Assembly (NCBI GenBank): GCA_951406725.2
Contig: OX597818.1
Span: forward strand, 116,684,001 to 116,748,000
DNA length: 64,000 nt
Reading direction: 5' to 3'
Origin: Octopus vulgaris
Taxonomy: Eukaryota
In this document: piece by piece, positions 48,695-64,000 of the stretch
Layout: the number at the start of each line of letters is the position of its first letter
Numbering within the stretch: position 1 is the stretch's first letter
Position numbers and translations under genes: made by a program
The notes under the pieces: model-generated
Told to the model about the DNA's origin: nothing
Database searches by the model: none
What the model saw: only the letters and a program-made list of their open reading frames with translations

Positions 48695-51051
48695 TACATA
48701 TGTATGTATAACGGGTTTCCTTCAGTTATTCTCTACCAAGTCCATAAGCAAGGCTTTAGTTAGCCTGGGGCTATACAATGTTCAGGCAGTGGGATCAAAC
48801 TCGGAGCGATGTAGTGGGGAAACGAAGGTTTTACCACACGACGAACCCTTTAATTATCTCAAGTTTTTACTTTTCCATGTGAAAAGTGAATCGTAAATGT
48901 TCTATTGAATCCAACATGTTCCTAGATATGTGTTGGCTTTCAAACTAATAAAAACTACTGAAGCACTTAGAGAAGCGAATACAGAGGGCATTAATAAATG
49001 TTTGATGTCATTTCAAAGTATATATTCGTATAACATACTATATCGACAATTCTGCTTTTCTTCAACGGACAATTACTGACGAGGTAGCAGAGTAACGTTG
49101 AGAGTTTTTGATACTAATGCATATGATAATTTGTTAATATATATATTAAAGTTGAATATGACTATATATGAGAGATTAAAATTAATAGAAAATGACTGTT
49201 CTGATGTAGTTAAGATGAAATACACAATCACACATTAGTCCATTACAAAACAATTTGAACTTACACATACAATCGAAGCGACACGCTCACACAGACAAGC
49301 AAACATGCATACATACATATGTATATTTATATAGAAATACTTAAAAACACTCATATCAGAGGAATATCTAAATGCAAGTTATAAAACGAAAATTAATAAA
49401 AGTTTGCTATAATTAATTAGCACGCAAATATATAATTACTTTTAATTATCGGAGAAAGTTACACTTCGATATGTGTACTTGATTTCTATGTTAATACACG
49501 ACCAACATTCTAGGGAAATATTGCTTCTAATATCCATTGTTCTCTGCATCATGTACCTGTATTAAATTTGCTGTGTAATTTGATACAGCGGTGTACATGT
49601 GTATCCGAAGTAATATTTGTATGCGTGATTGGGTGGATATCTTTCGGAATGTATTTATAAGTTTAGAAAAGTTATTTTAATTAATTATCACCATCTTTGA
49701 TTTTTCTAAGTTCACAAACATTTAATCAAGATATACACATATGTATGTAGATATATGTGTATGTATGTGTGTGTGTGTGCGTGTCCGTGCGTGTGTGTAC
49801 ATTCACTAAATATTGACTAAATATTTTATGCATCACGTCACGGGTTTGGTAATTGAAGAACGAAGATTCTAAACCAATACGCAATCATCTAAAACGCACC
49901 GATGTACGTTCAGTTACACGCACACTCACACACACATAGACACACACACATACACATAGACACACACACATACACAGAGGCAAACACAGACATAGGCAAA
50001 CACAGACATAGGCAAACACAGACATAGGCAAACACCCACATAATACGAGTATGTATATACATACCTATGTCTGTATATATATGTATATATTGCATATATG
50101 TATGTATATTTGCGTGTGCGTGAGTGTATGTGTGTATCTAAGAGATGTTTGTAGTAGTTGTACGAGCAAGTGATATTTGCAGCCACTCCAACGTGGTTGT
50201 TCCGTTCGAAGTACGTCGTATATTATACATATGCACATATATATAGTAAATCCAAAAAAGAACAAACACAAAAAACAACGCCAGGACGTGGTACCTGTTA
50301 TATATTAGCAGCCGCTCGGGAAAGGAAAGAAAGATGGTTTTACGTTTCGAGCAGACGCTCTTACGACGGGCTTCTTTCAGTTTCCGTCTACTAAATCAAC
50401 TCTCGAGGATTTGGTCGGCTCGGGCTATAGCAGAAGACACTTTTCCAAAGTGCCATGCAGTGGAACTGAACTCGGAACCATGTGGTTGCGAAACAACCTT
50501 CTTACTACACAGCCACCTCTGCGCCTATTCTAAAGAAAGAAATTAGTAAAATCCTCGTAACATTAAGAATCTCTCCATTGTCGTTAATCTGGAGCTACAT
50601 CATTCAATGTATTTATTTATCCTCTTAAAACCGCAGGTGTAATTTCAAACCGCTCGTAATTCAGGTATAGCTCGCTGGTATTACATGTTACAGAAGAAAG
50701 CATTTAAAAGTGATGTATTCAAACTCCGTGTTGTACAATGTATACGGCTATTAAATGTTTTCAGTGCTGCATATTCAACCTTATATTTTCTTAATTATGT
50801 CAGGAAATGCTGCTATTGAAAAGACTTCTATTTCCTTTTCCATCCAATTTCTAAATAACTACGATAGGGTTTGAATTTATATGAAAGTAGTTACATCACA
50901 ATGAGACAAATTTATTGGGTGAAATTACATTTTTGGCTTCAAAGCGTATCTTGCTCTTGAAAGTACATGACCCATCAAAGAAGTGTAGCAGCAATCTGTC
51001 ACTTGTTGCAGGGGCACCGTCTTGAAGAATGGAGACAAACACAAACATAAA

Positions 51052-51088
<37 letters not shown>

Positions 51089-51129
51089 ACACACACGCAC
51101 ATGTATGGTGTACTTCTTTCAGTTTCCGA

Positions 51130-51348
51130 TTTTTTTATTGCCCACAAGGGTCTAAACAAACAGGGATAGACAAAGGGATTAAGTCGATTATATCGACCCC
51201 AGTGTGTAACTGGTACTTATTTAATCGACCCCGAAAGCATGAAAGGCAAAGTCGACCTCGGCGGAATTTGAACTTAGAACGTAGCGGCAAACGAAATACT
51301 GTTAAGCATTTCGCCCGGCGTGCTAACGTTTCTGCCAGCTCGCCTCCT
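51130..51348 (-). mobile_element. SINE family A
   Basis: Near-consensus reverse complement. Confidence 0.9.
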
Positions 51349-52519
51349 TAGACTTTTCCTCCTTGGAATCTCTTTCTTTCTTGGAATTTATCTCAAAGTA
51401 ATTCAGGTTCATTTTCGAGAGAGTGAGATACGTTGCTCTCAATCATAATTATACGGAATATTAGAGCAGTTTCTGGAAAAGGTAACAAAACGAAATCGAT
51501 GCGTATCTTGTGCATAAGACCTTTACATTCCTGTTTAATTAGATCTCCTCTGTCAAAGTATCCTGTATGGAAACACAAAATTTATAAGACAGTCTCTATT
51601 TGAGTTACTGTACGCATATTTACATGAGAATAACTTCCATGAAACGTCTCTTCATACCCCAAAGACACGTCCTCACTAAACACAGTTTATTGATGTTTAT
51701 CCATGAACACAAAACATTTTAAATGCGTAAAGTATGCGTATGCAGCGAGCTGGCAGAATCATTAACACATTTGTATTTCATCCGTTTTTACGTCCTCAAT
51801 TCAAATTTCGCCGCGGTCGACTTTGCTTTTCATCCCTTTCGTGGTCAATAAAACGTACCAGCTGACCACTGGGATCGATGTCATTTATTTACTCCTTCCC
51901 ACTCAATTGCTGGCCTTGTGCCAAAATTTGAAGCCAGAATTTATAGTATGCGTCAGTTATACTTCTCAAATTGACCTGGTATATTAAAGTTGGTTACTAA
52001 AAGATGTTAAACGAAGAATATTTATTTTCTGTTTAACTTTGGATACTGTTGAAAGAAAGAATTGTAGTCATAATGATCGTAGAAACACCAACAGTGGTGA
52101 AATCGATGTGATTAATGCTTCTCTGGATCTGTTTCAAGTCTATTGTTGCAAGAAAAACATTTGCAGTCCACTAAGTAGATATGATCAAGTGACCATTATT
52201 GAACAGATCTCGTCTGCGCATTCAATATAACAAAGGATTATAACATTAACAAACATAAATGTTATATTTATAGCATTATCGAATATATTATAGTATTAAT
52301 TTACTTATCTTATTCCCTATACATGTATTACTTCAGATTTATTTCCAAGTTTATGTTTGGAATGCTATGCATTTGGGAAGGAGAGATCTTCGTGTGTACT
52401 AAATACAAGCAACCAAATCGAGCATTTAATGGAATTATAAACTTTTGTATATATGAAATAATACTGATAATCTCACTAATAGAAAAAAAGCGATAGCAAT
52501 ATCTCGTCACCCTTTTCAA

Positions 52520-52812
52520 GCCTAGCCAGGCTCATGGGCCCGGTTTCCCGGTTTCTGTCGCGTATGTGTCCCCCCCCCCCAGCTGGATGGGACGCCAGTC
52601 CATCGCAGCTTTACTCAAGAAACAGGAAGAGAGAGTGAGAGAAAGTTGTGGCGATAGAGTACAACAGGGGTCGCCACCACCCCCTGCCGGAGCCTCGTGG
52701 AGCTGTTAGGTGTTTTTGCTCAATAAACACACACAACGCCCGGTCTGGGAATCGAAACCGCGATCCTCCGATCGCGAGTCCGCCGCCCTAGCCACTGGGA
52801 AATTACGCCTCC
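52520..52812 (-). mobile_element. SINE family C-related
   Basis: Homologous to 22715-23008. Confidence 0.8.
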
Positions 52813-54150
52813 AGTAATTGCAATATGCTCCTGGTAATTTTGTAATCAACACAGGAATGAATAGAAGTTGTATTTAAACCCGCTGTGATTTGAACACAAA
52901 TATATAATGAAGGTAACTAATGCCTTGCGTTTGGTCAAAGTTATCCCTACTTTTCTACCGCCATTTTAAATCTAATATGTTCCCAATTATGATGGTCATA
53001 TTTTTGCGAGGAAAACTACAATGCAGACGATGGCGAGATCAACTAACACTGGATCATTATAAATGGCAATATATCACTGTAAATGATTTAGAATATCGAT
53101 TCTATATTAAACATGTCATCGGCCGTAAAAACAACTTTGCTAGCAACACAGGACTGTTGATTATCGAAGAAAAACTGATAACAAATTACTATTTTACATG
53201 CAAGAATGATTACACATTTGATTGAATTGGAATATCTTCGTGTCTGTTTGTTTGTGCAAGTGTTGATTTGTGAGCCAGTTCATCGCTTAATACGATTCTT
53301 CTGATTATTACTAAAAAGCTCCAAGCTACAATTAAAACCAGTTTTCTTGTTACTTATGTTTTAAAATATTTTAAACAGGAAATCACGAGCTACATTGGAA
53401 TGATTTAACGTGGTAGTTATATACATAAATACATAAATACATACTTACATATATATATATATATATATATATATCAATAGTGAAATATAATTATTGAATA
53501 ATGTCAAGTTAGAAGCGATTTTTATCACAGTCAGCAGTAATTGAATACACTATCAAGTATCTGTATATGAAATTTCTGTGATATAAACATTGAAAGTATT
53601 TCTTTATTTATAATGATCTATTACATTTTAAAGTAAATACGAAAAGTAATTATGCTCTTCTCACAACCCTCCAACCACAAAGATAGCGAAAAAGCATATG
53701 AAAAGCATATGAAGAACATCTCTATGGTTCTGTAACTCGGAATGGCCCGTTATCATTTTCAAATAATTATTAAAACATATCTCTAATTAAAATGCGAATC
53801 AGCACAGTAATTTAATTTCATTTTAATATGGTGCAGCTGAAATGAGCAAGAAAATATTGGATTTAAAAAGCAGCTCGTATATTTTGTGTTCAATTATCCT
53901 TGTTGAGTTCCAATGGATTTTTAAGGAAAACAAGTAAACACATTAATGGGGGATCTCCGTCGGTTTCGACGATTTGCATTGCGCTGTTCGAAAAAGAGCA
54001 AATCTCGTTTAACCCAAACTGCCAACGGCAAGACATTCTGTAAATACGTCATTAGGACATAATTCTCTAGTTAGATTAGCGTGGCCTTACGTGTCAGGGC
54101 TGGATCAAGGCATTATAGGTAAATTAAATTCAAACTGCAGGTGAGAGAGT

Positions 54151-54181
<31 letters not shown>

Positions 54182-54507
54182 GGGGAGAGAGAGAGAAAGG
54201 GATATATAAAATAAAGTGAAGTGGTGACTCTTGTATTGAGCTGATAGTTTCTTTCTTGCTAATCGAAAGTATAGGAAACGTAATTTCAATCCCAGCAGGA
54301 TTTGAACTTACAGCAAGGATAACCGTACGAAATAAAGTCAAGCATTATAATGGCGTATAAGGGGAAAGATGCTGATTCAAAACGGCTAATCGATGCAGTG
54401 GAAATAACTGGAGTTAAAAGTCAATGAATAGGCATTTTAGGTATTTTCGAAAGAATAAACACACACACACACACACACACCACACACACACCACGAACAC
54501 AACACAC

Positions 54508-54598
<91 letters not shown>

Positions 54599-54710
54599 CA
54601 TATATTCGAGAAAATTAATAGGAAAATGATTTTGCAAGTTAATAATTAAATGTCTACAAAACATATGTTTACGAATCGTATCGTGACTCTCCTTCTTCCT
54701 GTGATTAGAG

Positions 54711-55295
54711 CATAGGTTTTCAAAATGAGTGCTACCGCCCCCCGGTGGGCGTTGAGACAGTCAAGGTAGACGCTAGTGCCTTAGGGGGCGGCAGAGAAAA
54801 GGGAGGCGTTGGGAGGAAAGCAGTAGATTGGGGGACACTATGAATTTATTATAATATTATTGGATTTGGTAGACGGAAACTTTAAGAAGCCTGTCGTATA
54901 TATGTATATATATATGTATGTGTGTGTGTGTATTTGTGTGTCTGTATTTGTCCCCCTTGCATTGCCTGACAACCGATGCTGGTGTGTTTACGACCCCGTC
55001 ACTTAGCGGTTCGGCAAAAGGGACCGATAGAATAAGTACTGGGCTTACAAAGAATAAGTTCCGGGGCCGATTTGCTCGACTAAAGGCGGTGCTCCAGCAT
55101 GGCCGCAGTCAAATGACTGAAACAAGTAAAAGAGTATCTTATACAGATTATATAATATATTAAATATCGAATGATTGATAGTATATATAATTTAGTAAAA
55201 TGCAATATATTTATTTATGCATAAAAATAGGGGGGACACTGAGAGTATTATGTGGCCATGAGGGGGCGGTGGCCCCAAAAGTCTGAGAACCGCTG
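54711..55295. mobile_element. hAT (Charlie/Buster) MITE with 8-bp TSD and nested SINE B fragment
   Basis: cataggttttcaaa ... tctgagaaccgctg; TSD gattagag at 54703-54710 and 55296-55303; SINE B at 54860-55137. Confidence 0.9.
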
Positions 55296-55636
55296 GATTA
55301 GAGTATGTTTCATAAAAAAAATAAATAAAAAAGAGCCCCTGATCTCAGAACGTGTTTGTTGCTTAATAGCAGATTTCAAATTTTACTTCTGTTGCTGTTA
55401 CAGTCATCCTTTGTTGCCCGGATGTTAGTTGGTGTGTGTGTGTTAGGAAACCATATGAACGAGTGGACAAGCGATAGAAAAGGGCACTCTCTATTCGGTA
55501 ATCTAAAGCTTGAAAGAGACGGGATCCTGGTAGAGAGCTGCGAAAGTTTAAGTCACATAGAACTGAATGAAAGTGTTGTATGTGTGTGTAGGTATATACA
55601 CACAAACACGCACGCACACACTAATATATATATATA

Positions 55637-55695
<59 letters not shown>

Positions 55696-56029
55696 CTCGT
55701 CAGGTGTCGCTCTGGATGCCCGAAAAGTTAAGTTCGTTCTACGAGCCTACGACTCTTTAAGTTGCTTGGAGATGATTCAGACTGCTATCAAACCATATAT
55801 GTGTGTATTATATATTATATATTACATATGTATATAAATGTACAATGTATGGTGTATATATATATATATATATGTATAGTGGGTAGGGAAAGGAGAAACA
55901 CCGGCATCCCAGGCTAAGGAAGTCTTCATCCACGTAAGGTGTTCTTATGTGTTTCCCGCGATATGAACGGTATAGTCCACCTCGAACTTTTAAACCCAAA
56001 CCAAACGATAACAAAGGAGGTCTAGTGCG

Positions 56030-56478
56030 AGCAGCTTGAGCGGCTAAAGTCAATGCCAGAAGAAAGACGACTGTCTTTGGCTTCAATTTCAAGACGAAAG
56101 ATGTTCTTCAATCAAGATAATGTTCGGTCACACACAGCGAGGATGACATTCCAAAGGCTGGAACAGTTTGAATGGGAAACGATTCCCCAACCATCATATT
56201 CGTCGAACATTGTACCATCTATTTACCATTTATTCCGCAGTCTTCAAAATCATTTGGACGAAAAAATATGAATTCTGTAGGCAAGGTCAGAATAGTACTG
56301 GAGGAGTATTATTTGTCACCGACAAGTGAATATGGGAAAAGAGGGTTTGTAAGTATAACAGATAGATGGAAGAGCATTGTAGATAATGAAGGAGAGTATA
56401 TTTTAGATAAAAAAGAACTTTATTTTTAATTTGAAAAATAACAGAAGTTTTAAAAAACGCATGATTTATGGGATGAAT
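56030..56478 (+). mobile_element. Mariner transposase 3' remnant
   Basis: FNQDNVRSHTA, PSYSSNIVPSIYHLFRSLQNHL (YSPDLAPSDYHLF-like), RWKSIVDNEGEY; TIR related to that at 5241. Confidence 0.9.
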
Positions 56479-56491
56479 ATTTATATATATG

Positions 56492-56525
<34 letters not shown>

Positions 56526-56594
56526 TGTATGTATGTATGTATGTATGTATGTATGTATGCATGTATGTATGTATGTATGTATTATGTATGTGTG

Positions 56595-56804
56595 TGTATG
56601 TATGTGTGTGTGTGTGTTTATCCTCCCAACATCGCTTCAAAAACCGATGGTGGTATGTTTACATCCCCGTAACTTAGTGGCTCGGCAAAAGAGACTGATA
56701 GAATAAGTACTAGGGTTCTAAAGAATAAGTCCTGGGGTCGATTTGCTCGACTAAAGGCGCTGCTGCAGCATGGCCGCAGTCAAATCACTGAAACAATTAA
56801 AAGA

Positions 56805-56807
<3 letters not shown>
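56595..56807 (+). mobile_element. SINE family B 3' part
   Basis: Consensus tail. Confidence 0.85.
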
Positions 56808-56852
<45 letters not shown>

Positions 56853-57559
56853 ATGTATATATGTATATGGAAAGTGAGACAGAAAGAATAAAAATGGAAG
56901 AAAGCGACGTGTATTTATGTGAAAGGGAGAAGGCCATTATGCTCATATAAATGTTGAACGTACGTATTTATGTGTTAATTTTTACCTCACTTATAAATAT
57001 TATTGCCAATTATAGAAATAATTATGTTATATTCATATCGTTTGAGGGTAAAAATTTCCAATAACAAAATTACAGATACTGAAATTTTATTTTTCTTTAT
57101 GATAATATTAAACGATTTAATATAATAATATTAATTATTTAAATCTAACTCGCAGGATTTCATATTAATATAGTTTTCTACTTAACGGTAGTATATATAT
57201 GTGTCTTCCATTTGACATTTGCTAACATCCGTATATCATTATATAGCATCTATTTTAATCTTCACTTTTCAATTCAGCAATTAGTTCTCGCTTTCACACA
57301 CAGCCGCACTTTCTGCAGTCTGGGTGAGTCTTCGTAGATGAGGGCCACTGCACCTATACTTCTAGAAATTTCATGTGCATACAATGATGCATGCATTCAG
57401 TCATTCATGCATACATTCTTGACACGAAAACCGTTTGTATAAACGAAACGCTTATTATCTCTTTTACTACGGAAATCAGTACTTATTCACTAAAAATGCG
57501 CGTGCCTGTGCATGTGTGTGTGTGTATGCATATATATATACACACATATATATAACATA

Positions 57560-57596
<37 letters not shown>

Positions 57597-57600
57597 TATA

Positions 57601-57643
<43 letters not shown>

Positions 57644-57844
57644 TATAATATAAATAATATATATATATATATATATATGAATACACACACACACATATAT
57701 ATATATACATATATATATTGTAAATAATATATACATATAAGCATATATATATATATATGTATACATATACATATACATATATATATATATGTATATATAT
57801 ATATGTATATATATACATATATATATGTATACATATACACATAT

Positions 57845-57898
<54 letters not shown>

Positions 57899-58386
57899 GC
57901 ATATATGGGTACAAGACAGTAAACAACATGAAATATGAAAACAAATGAGTTCCATACGCAAACAACGAGAGAAACAAATGGAAAACAGAAGTATCATAAA
58001 GAACGACACTTCATCAGTTGTCGGCTGTCTATCTACTCCTTATTTATATGTGTGTATAATCGTATACATAAGCATAAACGAGGTATGTCGATGTGGGTAT
58101 GTTATTGGGTGTATGGGTGTACGTGTTTGTCTATGCATATGTTTGTGTTTGCATGTGTGTTGGTTGCTGCCATGCTGGTACATTTTATTGGTAGCGTTTA
58201 TGTGTGTCTGTATGCGACACAGTGTCGTGGGGGATCAGACTACGTAGAGGTTGGTGACCCTGTTCGTGGAAATTGGTAGCGCTGCCCTTGTTGCAGTAAA
58301 GGGGACAGTTTATGTTAAGGTGGTATGTCCGGATTGTCGGCCACCATATATATATATATAGGTACACCACAACAAAATAATCCAAG

Positions 58387-58458
<72 letters not shown>

Positions 58459-59208
58459 TATATGTATGTATGAATATATATATATATATATGTATGTATG
58501 AATATATATATATTCATTCTTTCCCTCTTTCTATCAGCTCTTTCACACTTCGTTCATGTCACTCTTCGTTTTTTCGTTCTCTTCATTTAAATTTCCTGGC
58601 CTTCTCTTCATACTCACTTTTCCTCCTCTTTCACTTCACTCTGTCCCTTTCATTTTTTTTCTCGCTCACCTTAATTCTTCTATCCCTATACCTCTACCTC
58701 TCTCTCTCTCCTCTCCCGACGTAACCGGTGTTCGGCCAAGCCTGACCTTTCTTTCTTGGTTCGACTACCATCCGTGCTACATCTATATTCCTCCCTGTGC
58801 CTAAGGCTTTATCTCCACACACGCCAGTTTAATTTAATTCGTCCTTTGTGGAAAGACACCTGTTGCTATGCCTTGTTATTTGTATTTGTATTTGTGTAAC
58901 ATCTCTCCGTTTTTTGCTGTCCTTGTTTTCGTAAACATTCGCTGCTTTCTTCCAAGGAATCTAACGCTCATAGCTTAGGTTTTGCTTGGGGCTGGACAGA
59001 TTGGAGCAATCTCAAGTATAACCAGTCGAAATTGCAAAGATAATCTGGAACTCGACTGAGGAAAGAAAACTACTAATGACCTGACTTTGCTTTCCTTGTA
59101 TCATCTGTCTGGATATTTTCTTGTCCCTTTTGTGTATCACCTAACTGCCTGGATGTTTTGCGTTCTTGTCACATTTTTGTATTTTATATATATATATATA
59201 TATATATG

Positions 59209-59257
<49 letters not shown>

Positions 59258-59299
59258 TATAATAATACTCTTGTGTTTTTCTCCGTCACAACATATGAA

Positions 59300-59568
59300 T
59301 GAGAAACGAAGGGTGATGGCCAAGTGGCTGTAGCGTTTCAACTCTGTATGAGTATATGTGTGTATGTGTGTTTTCGTGTACAAGGGAAGTATGTGATTGG
59401 TTGTGCGTGTGAACCAGCGTTCTTTCAGTAACAAACGATGATCGATGTCACATCTAAAAAAACAACTATTTGATAACATTAACAAGTATATTAATTTGAT
59501 TTACCATCCATAATTATATATAAAATACTACAATTAGTCGTCGCTTTTTACGGCACGGAGTCAGCTAG
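59300..59568 (+). mobile_element. Possible Helitron 3' end
   Basis: Short GC-rich imperfect hairpin followed by gcacggagtcagCTAG|T. Confidence 0.4.
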
Positions 59569-61329
59569 TCTATGTATATATATTGGATACAAAGTTGCGA
59601 ATCACCATCCCCGATTGCCCTACGTGTATTGCATTCTATGTCATGTTAAAACATTCGATTTATACTCATTATATCAGTACAATAATGACCGCAAACATAC
59701 TTGTCAGTTGAATAAGTGTTATTGGAAACTCTATCGCTTCGTATTCGGTTTCATTGCGTGGTTGTTTTCGCAATATCTTTTACTATACTTTGATGACAGT
59801 GAACGCCTTCTAAATGAAATTTTATACACAGGAGATACGTGGAAACCTGTTGCAGTAGCCATTCCTTTAATGTGGGTGAGTTATCACTTAATCTATTGTT
59901 TCAGTGTTAGCGGAACTTTGTTGCAATCATTCGGTGAATACCAGGCTTCTAATGATAATTTTCGCACCAGATTCAAACATTATTCGCAGACCCTGCCTTT
60001 TTAAGTCTGGCCAAGCTATACAATTTGTATTACAGTTCCTTAGTTGACAAGACTGTTAACTTGTTCGCATTGTTATATCATTCAGAAACTCCGAAACGAT
60101 GCCCTGAAAGTATATAAATGAAATCAAATTGCATACTGCAATGTTAAAGCTTGTAAATTCAATGCTAAATACTAAATAAATTCCATACATTTATGGCAAA
60201 TGTGTGCCATAAATGCTTTAAATATGTGTACGAGAAGGAAGTCTATATTCCCTCCTCACTGGAACAAAAACGGTTCAACTCACTGGAAAGGAAAAGAAAC
60301 CAAACTTTGTTTTCAAAATACCTGCCGCCATTTTTTAAAAGAACGGGAAGATACATTGAAACATGTAGCTGTAGATAAATGTAAATTACAATCCAGAAAC
60401 ACAAAGACTGCAAATGCAAGCAATCAGAGTTGAGCTGAATGTAAATGCCATCATTAAAAAAGGGTTTTGCAATGGTAAAGTTGTAATACCAACGGGATTT
60501 GAGTTTGACGTGCAGAGACGGTCAAAACTAACTTTTGGAACACATTTTAATTTTCTTATAACATAACGTTTCTGTCATGTCATTTTCAGAATGTTGAACA
60601 AAACTATTGTTTTTATGTCACAGTAATTATAAAGATATTAAAGAATTTTGCGTCTAAAACCAAAGATAAAGCTAAAATGAAAATAAAAGTTGCAAATTCA
60701 TATACTAATAATATGATGAGCCTTAAGCTTAAATATGAATGGATCCCTTGGGAGTGAGCTATACTGACAAACGGGGAAAACAAATGATAAAATGTATAAT
60801 AATTATGTTTACAATGTAATAAACTTTCAATGCGTGATTTGCCCGTGTTTCGTCATTGCAAACGACGGTTCTAGTTATTTCATGACTCTTTTATAGGAAC
60901 AACATTGGACTTTCCAGCATAAATATTTAATGCTGCAAGTCGTTTGCTTTTATGAAGGCTAGTTAGAAATATTTGCCATCCAAATCTGCTGTATATTTTT
61001 TTTAAATGCGCCTAATATGGCATTAAAAAAATGAAGTGCTTACTATATTGTGTTTTGGTTCAGGCATTAAAGCGAACGTTTAAGATGAGGCGAGGCACAA
61101 AATCGATTTTTTGACCAATGAATGAGAAAATTCTCAGATGTATGGGAATTTCAAAAGAGCATGAAATGAAAATAACTGAATACTGTAAAGTATTTTTTCC
61201 GGATCTATAGTTCTGTTACCTTTATATATAACTCGTGTGAAAGAAATGAAAATAAGCAAGAAATGGAAACTTTTACCTGGTATTTATGCGTGTTATAACA
61301 AAGAAATACGTTCACTACAAGTGGTAGCA

Positions 61330-61556
61330 TAGCTATTTCTTTACTACCCACAAGGGGATAAACACTGCGGGGACAAACAAGGACAGACAAAAGGATTAAG
61401 TCGATTACATCGACCCCAGTGCGTAACTGGTACTTATTTTACCGACCCCGAAAGGATGAAAGGCAAAGTCAACCTCGGCGGAATTTGAACTCAGAACGTA
61501 GCGGCAGACGAAATACCGCTACGCATTTCGCCCGGAATGCTAACTATTCTGCCAGC
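61330..61556 (-). mobile_element. SINE family A
   Basis: Near-consensus reverse complement. Confidence 0.9.
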
Positions 61557-62246
61557 ATACCTTCATAATAAATTAAAAAGAAAAATGTCCACTACTATTA
61601 ATGAGATAATGACTCATATACATGCGAAATATCTTTTATTCTCATAGTGTAACATACTATTTCGGTATTAAGTACCATTTCTTCTTCGTATTTTAAGTTT
61701 TGTTTCTGTTACGACGTATAACTTGCTGCATTTTTATACAATGTGCTACAGTAATTTACGAAGCTCAGTTTCTCGTTGCAAAATTAAGCAACCTAAACGA
61801 TGTGTCTGATAATGTAAGATAATTACATGGTTGGTTATTGATGTTACGATTTTCTGTATTGAGGTATTTTTTGTAGATTACTGCCAGGCTAGTTCTAATG
61901 AAGCAAAACTATCGTCGGAAAATTTCGTGCAATGAGCAGTAAGTGTTTTGATATATAAGCACTACAATATCCGAGGCACCAGTTCTTTATAAAATGGTTG
62001 GTTATGATTTGAGAAAAATTTGGCTCGTATTCCAACAAGTCGTATAGTCACTTATAAGCTCAAACCGCAAGAATAATAGGAAAGTGTAAGAGAGAACCTA
62101 GTATTTTATCAGTCGTATAGGGTTTGCATATAATATTTACTAAAATCATTTTAATGTTTCCAAATGTTTCCACTTCAATTTTTTGCATTATTTATTATTT
62201 TTCTATGTGCTTATTTCTTTCGGGCCTTGTGACTATAATTAGTAAC

Positions 62247-62279
<33 letters not shown>

Positions 62280-62286
62280 GATTATT

Positions 62287-62480
62287 GCCTTTGCACAGCT
62301 TCTAACGCTGCAGATCTACTACAGTGTCAGCTGTTTACTACCAGTGAACTAAGGTAACACCTCTTATTTTTCGAGCACCTACCGGACTATTCGAGCGGTC
62401 CCAAGCAGTGCTGTTTTCTGCATGTGTTCCACCCTTATTGCAGCCCCTATTTGTTCCACGTACTTCTCGAGAATTTTTTG
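62287..62480 (-). mobile_element. 3' end of a second R4/Dong-like retrotransposon ending at (TAA)n
   Basis: VEHMQKTALLGTARIVR motif; (ATT)n at 62248-62286 immediately 3' on the element strand. Confidence 0.75.
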
Positions 62481-64000
62481 CTCACTGTTCCCAGGGTTCC
62501 GACAATTATTGGTACTACTGCTACTTATATAGGGAAATAATTGTAACTTAATGATGTTAAGGTAGTCATTAATGAAATACAAGTATTTTGGACTTAGTCA
62601 TAAATTTTGTAGGCATTAAATAAATGCATTTTATAGGTAATGTATTAGAAAATAAGATGCATTTTCTGGAAGTTGTGAATTCTTGTAGAGAATATAAAAC
62701 ATCTGCAGTTCAAAGGCCATGACATTCTTTAACAAATGTTGTGTTATTAAATTCTAAAAGATTTCTTCACTTTTCCTTCGTTTATTTCATCCTATTATTT
62801 ATTTATTTTTTGTGCATCACACCTTTAAATATTTGTAATTACATGTAGTCATTTACAAAATTTCAATCAATTTAGTGATATGTTCGTCTTTTATTTCAAA
62901 CAAAACTTTCTGTGTGCTTAGGTGCTCTTGTTCGCAAAATTAACGATTTGTTATTACTTTCAGTTTCCCAATTAATGGAAGTGAACTGAAGATCAGGATA
63001 TTATAATGACACGTTGTAAGAATAATATGAAGACAATGGTTTAGTAATTCCGTTTATATCTAATTCTAAACAATTACATAACGACTGTTATGGTTTCCGA
63101 AAGCAATTACCTTACACGCAAACATTTTGAAAATGGAGGAAAACTTCATGCTCGACTGCAATTTGAGATTTAGAAAAATCAAGTATGGCGTAAATTCATC
63201 AAAAATATATACCCTCTGGTGATGATTTTAAAAAGATAACAGATAGTTTCCGCCATCTGCGAAGAATTGTTTTCGTCATTTTGTTTTTTTATTCTTTATA
63301 GTTCCGACAGTCATTAAAAAGAATGTCTAAATGCGTAGCTGTGCTGTAAAAATTACTTACAAAGGCGTAAATGTTTATAGAAAAATAAATTACAATTAGT
63401 TCATTTACCATGAAGTATCATTAGCGTAATAATTTCTTATACTCATGTGAAAATGTGTACAGGTTAATTACAGCAGTCGTATGAAGAGACAAGTACAGAC
63501 ATCAAAAGAAACACGCAACTAATTTCGTTTCGAGGGGGTCATGGTTTTTAGAATTTCCCCGCCTAACTATTTATAATCGACGCTTATTCATAAACATTTG
63601 TAACTACATTGGATATAAATAATTCAGTCAGAACATTATTTCCGGATCATATTATAAGAAATGCAGATAGACTGTACTTTCTCTTATCAATTTAGAGTTA
63701 CCAAATTAATATAGTATACGAATTCAGAAAAAACATCCACTTATTTTACAATATTACAGTTGAAGACGCTTTAAAAGAAAAGAGTTGCCTGTAAACCAGA
63801 AATATTACGTGAAAAATAAATAACCAAGAAATATGTTTTACGCAAAGAAATTTCGAAGTGCAAAATATAACAGCTAATTAAGAGCTGTAGTAGGATATTG
63901 AAATTAGCACAACTAGGGTTTAGATTAAACAGCCACTCGAAGCAATCATGAAATTACACACAAGTGCCATTAAAGCAATGAGTGATAAGTACGAATGCAA

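Noticed and set aside
57985-58030. Minus-strand CTGATGA followed by a hairpin
   Set aside because: No GAAA or stem III follows.

Overview
AT-rich, microsatellite-dense eukaryotic genomic DNA. The tRNA-derived SINE families and the neuropeptide gene point to an octopus/coleoid cephalopod (inference). The only host gene I can support is the large 3' coding exon of a myomodulin neuropeptide precursor (11056-12578, +). It encodes 15 MLRLamide peptides plus two PRXamide-type peptides; its signal-peptide exon is not securely located. The rest is mobile DNA: three SINE families, RTE and R4/Dong-like LINE fragments, mariner/Tc1, hAT-Buster and long-TIR elements, and a solo LTR. The most striking signal is non-coding and invisible in the ORF track: about 11 type I hammerhead-ribozyme motifs. 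They include intact-looking copies inside a young 546-bp tandem/inverted repeat at 33.9-35.7 kb (retrozyme / Penelope pseudo-LTR-like), another at 38.4 kb, and a recurrent family with a non-canonical CUGU(U/A)GA core. Most lie beside (TA)n tracts, near palindromic junctions and a Penelope-type ORF remnant. All folds and identities were judged by eye; no searches were run.
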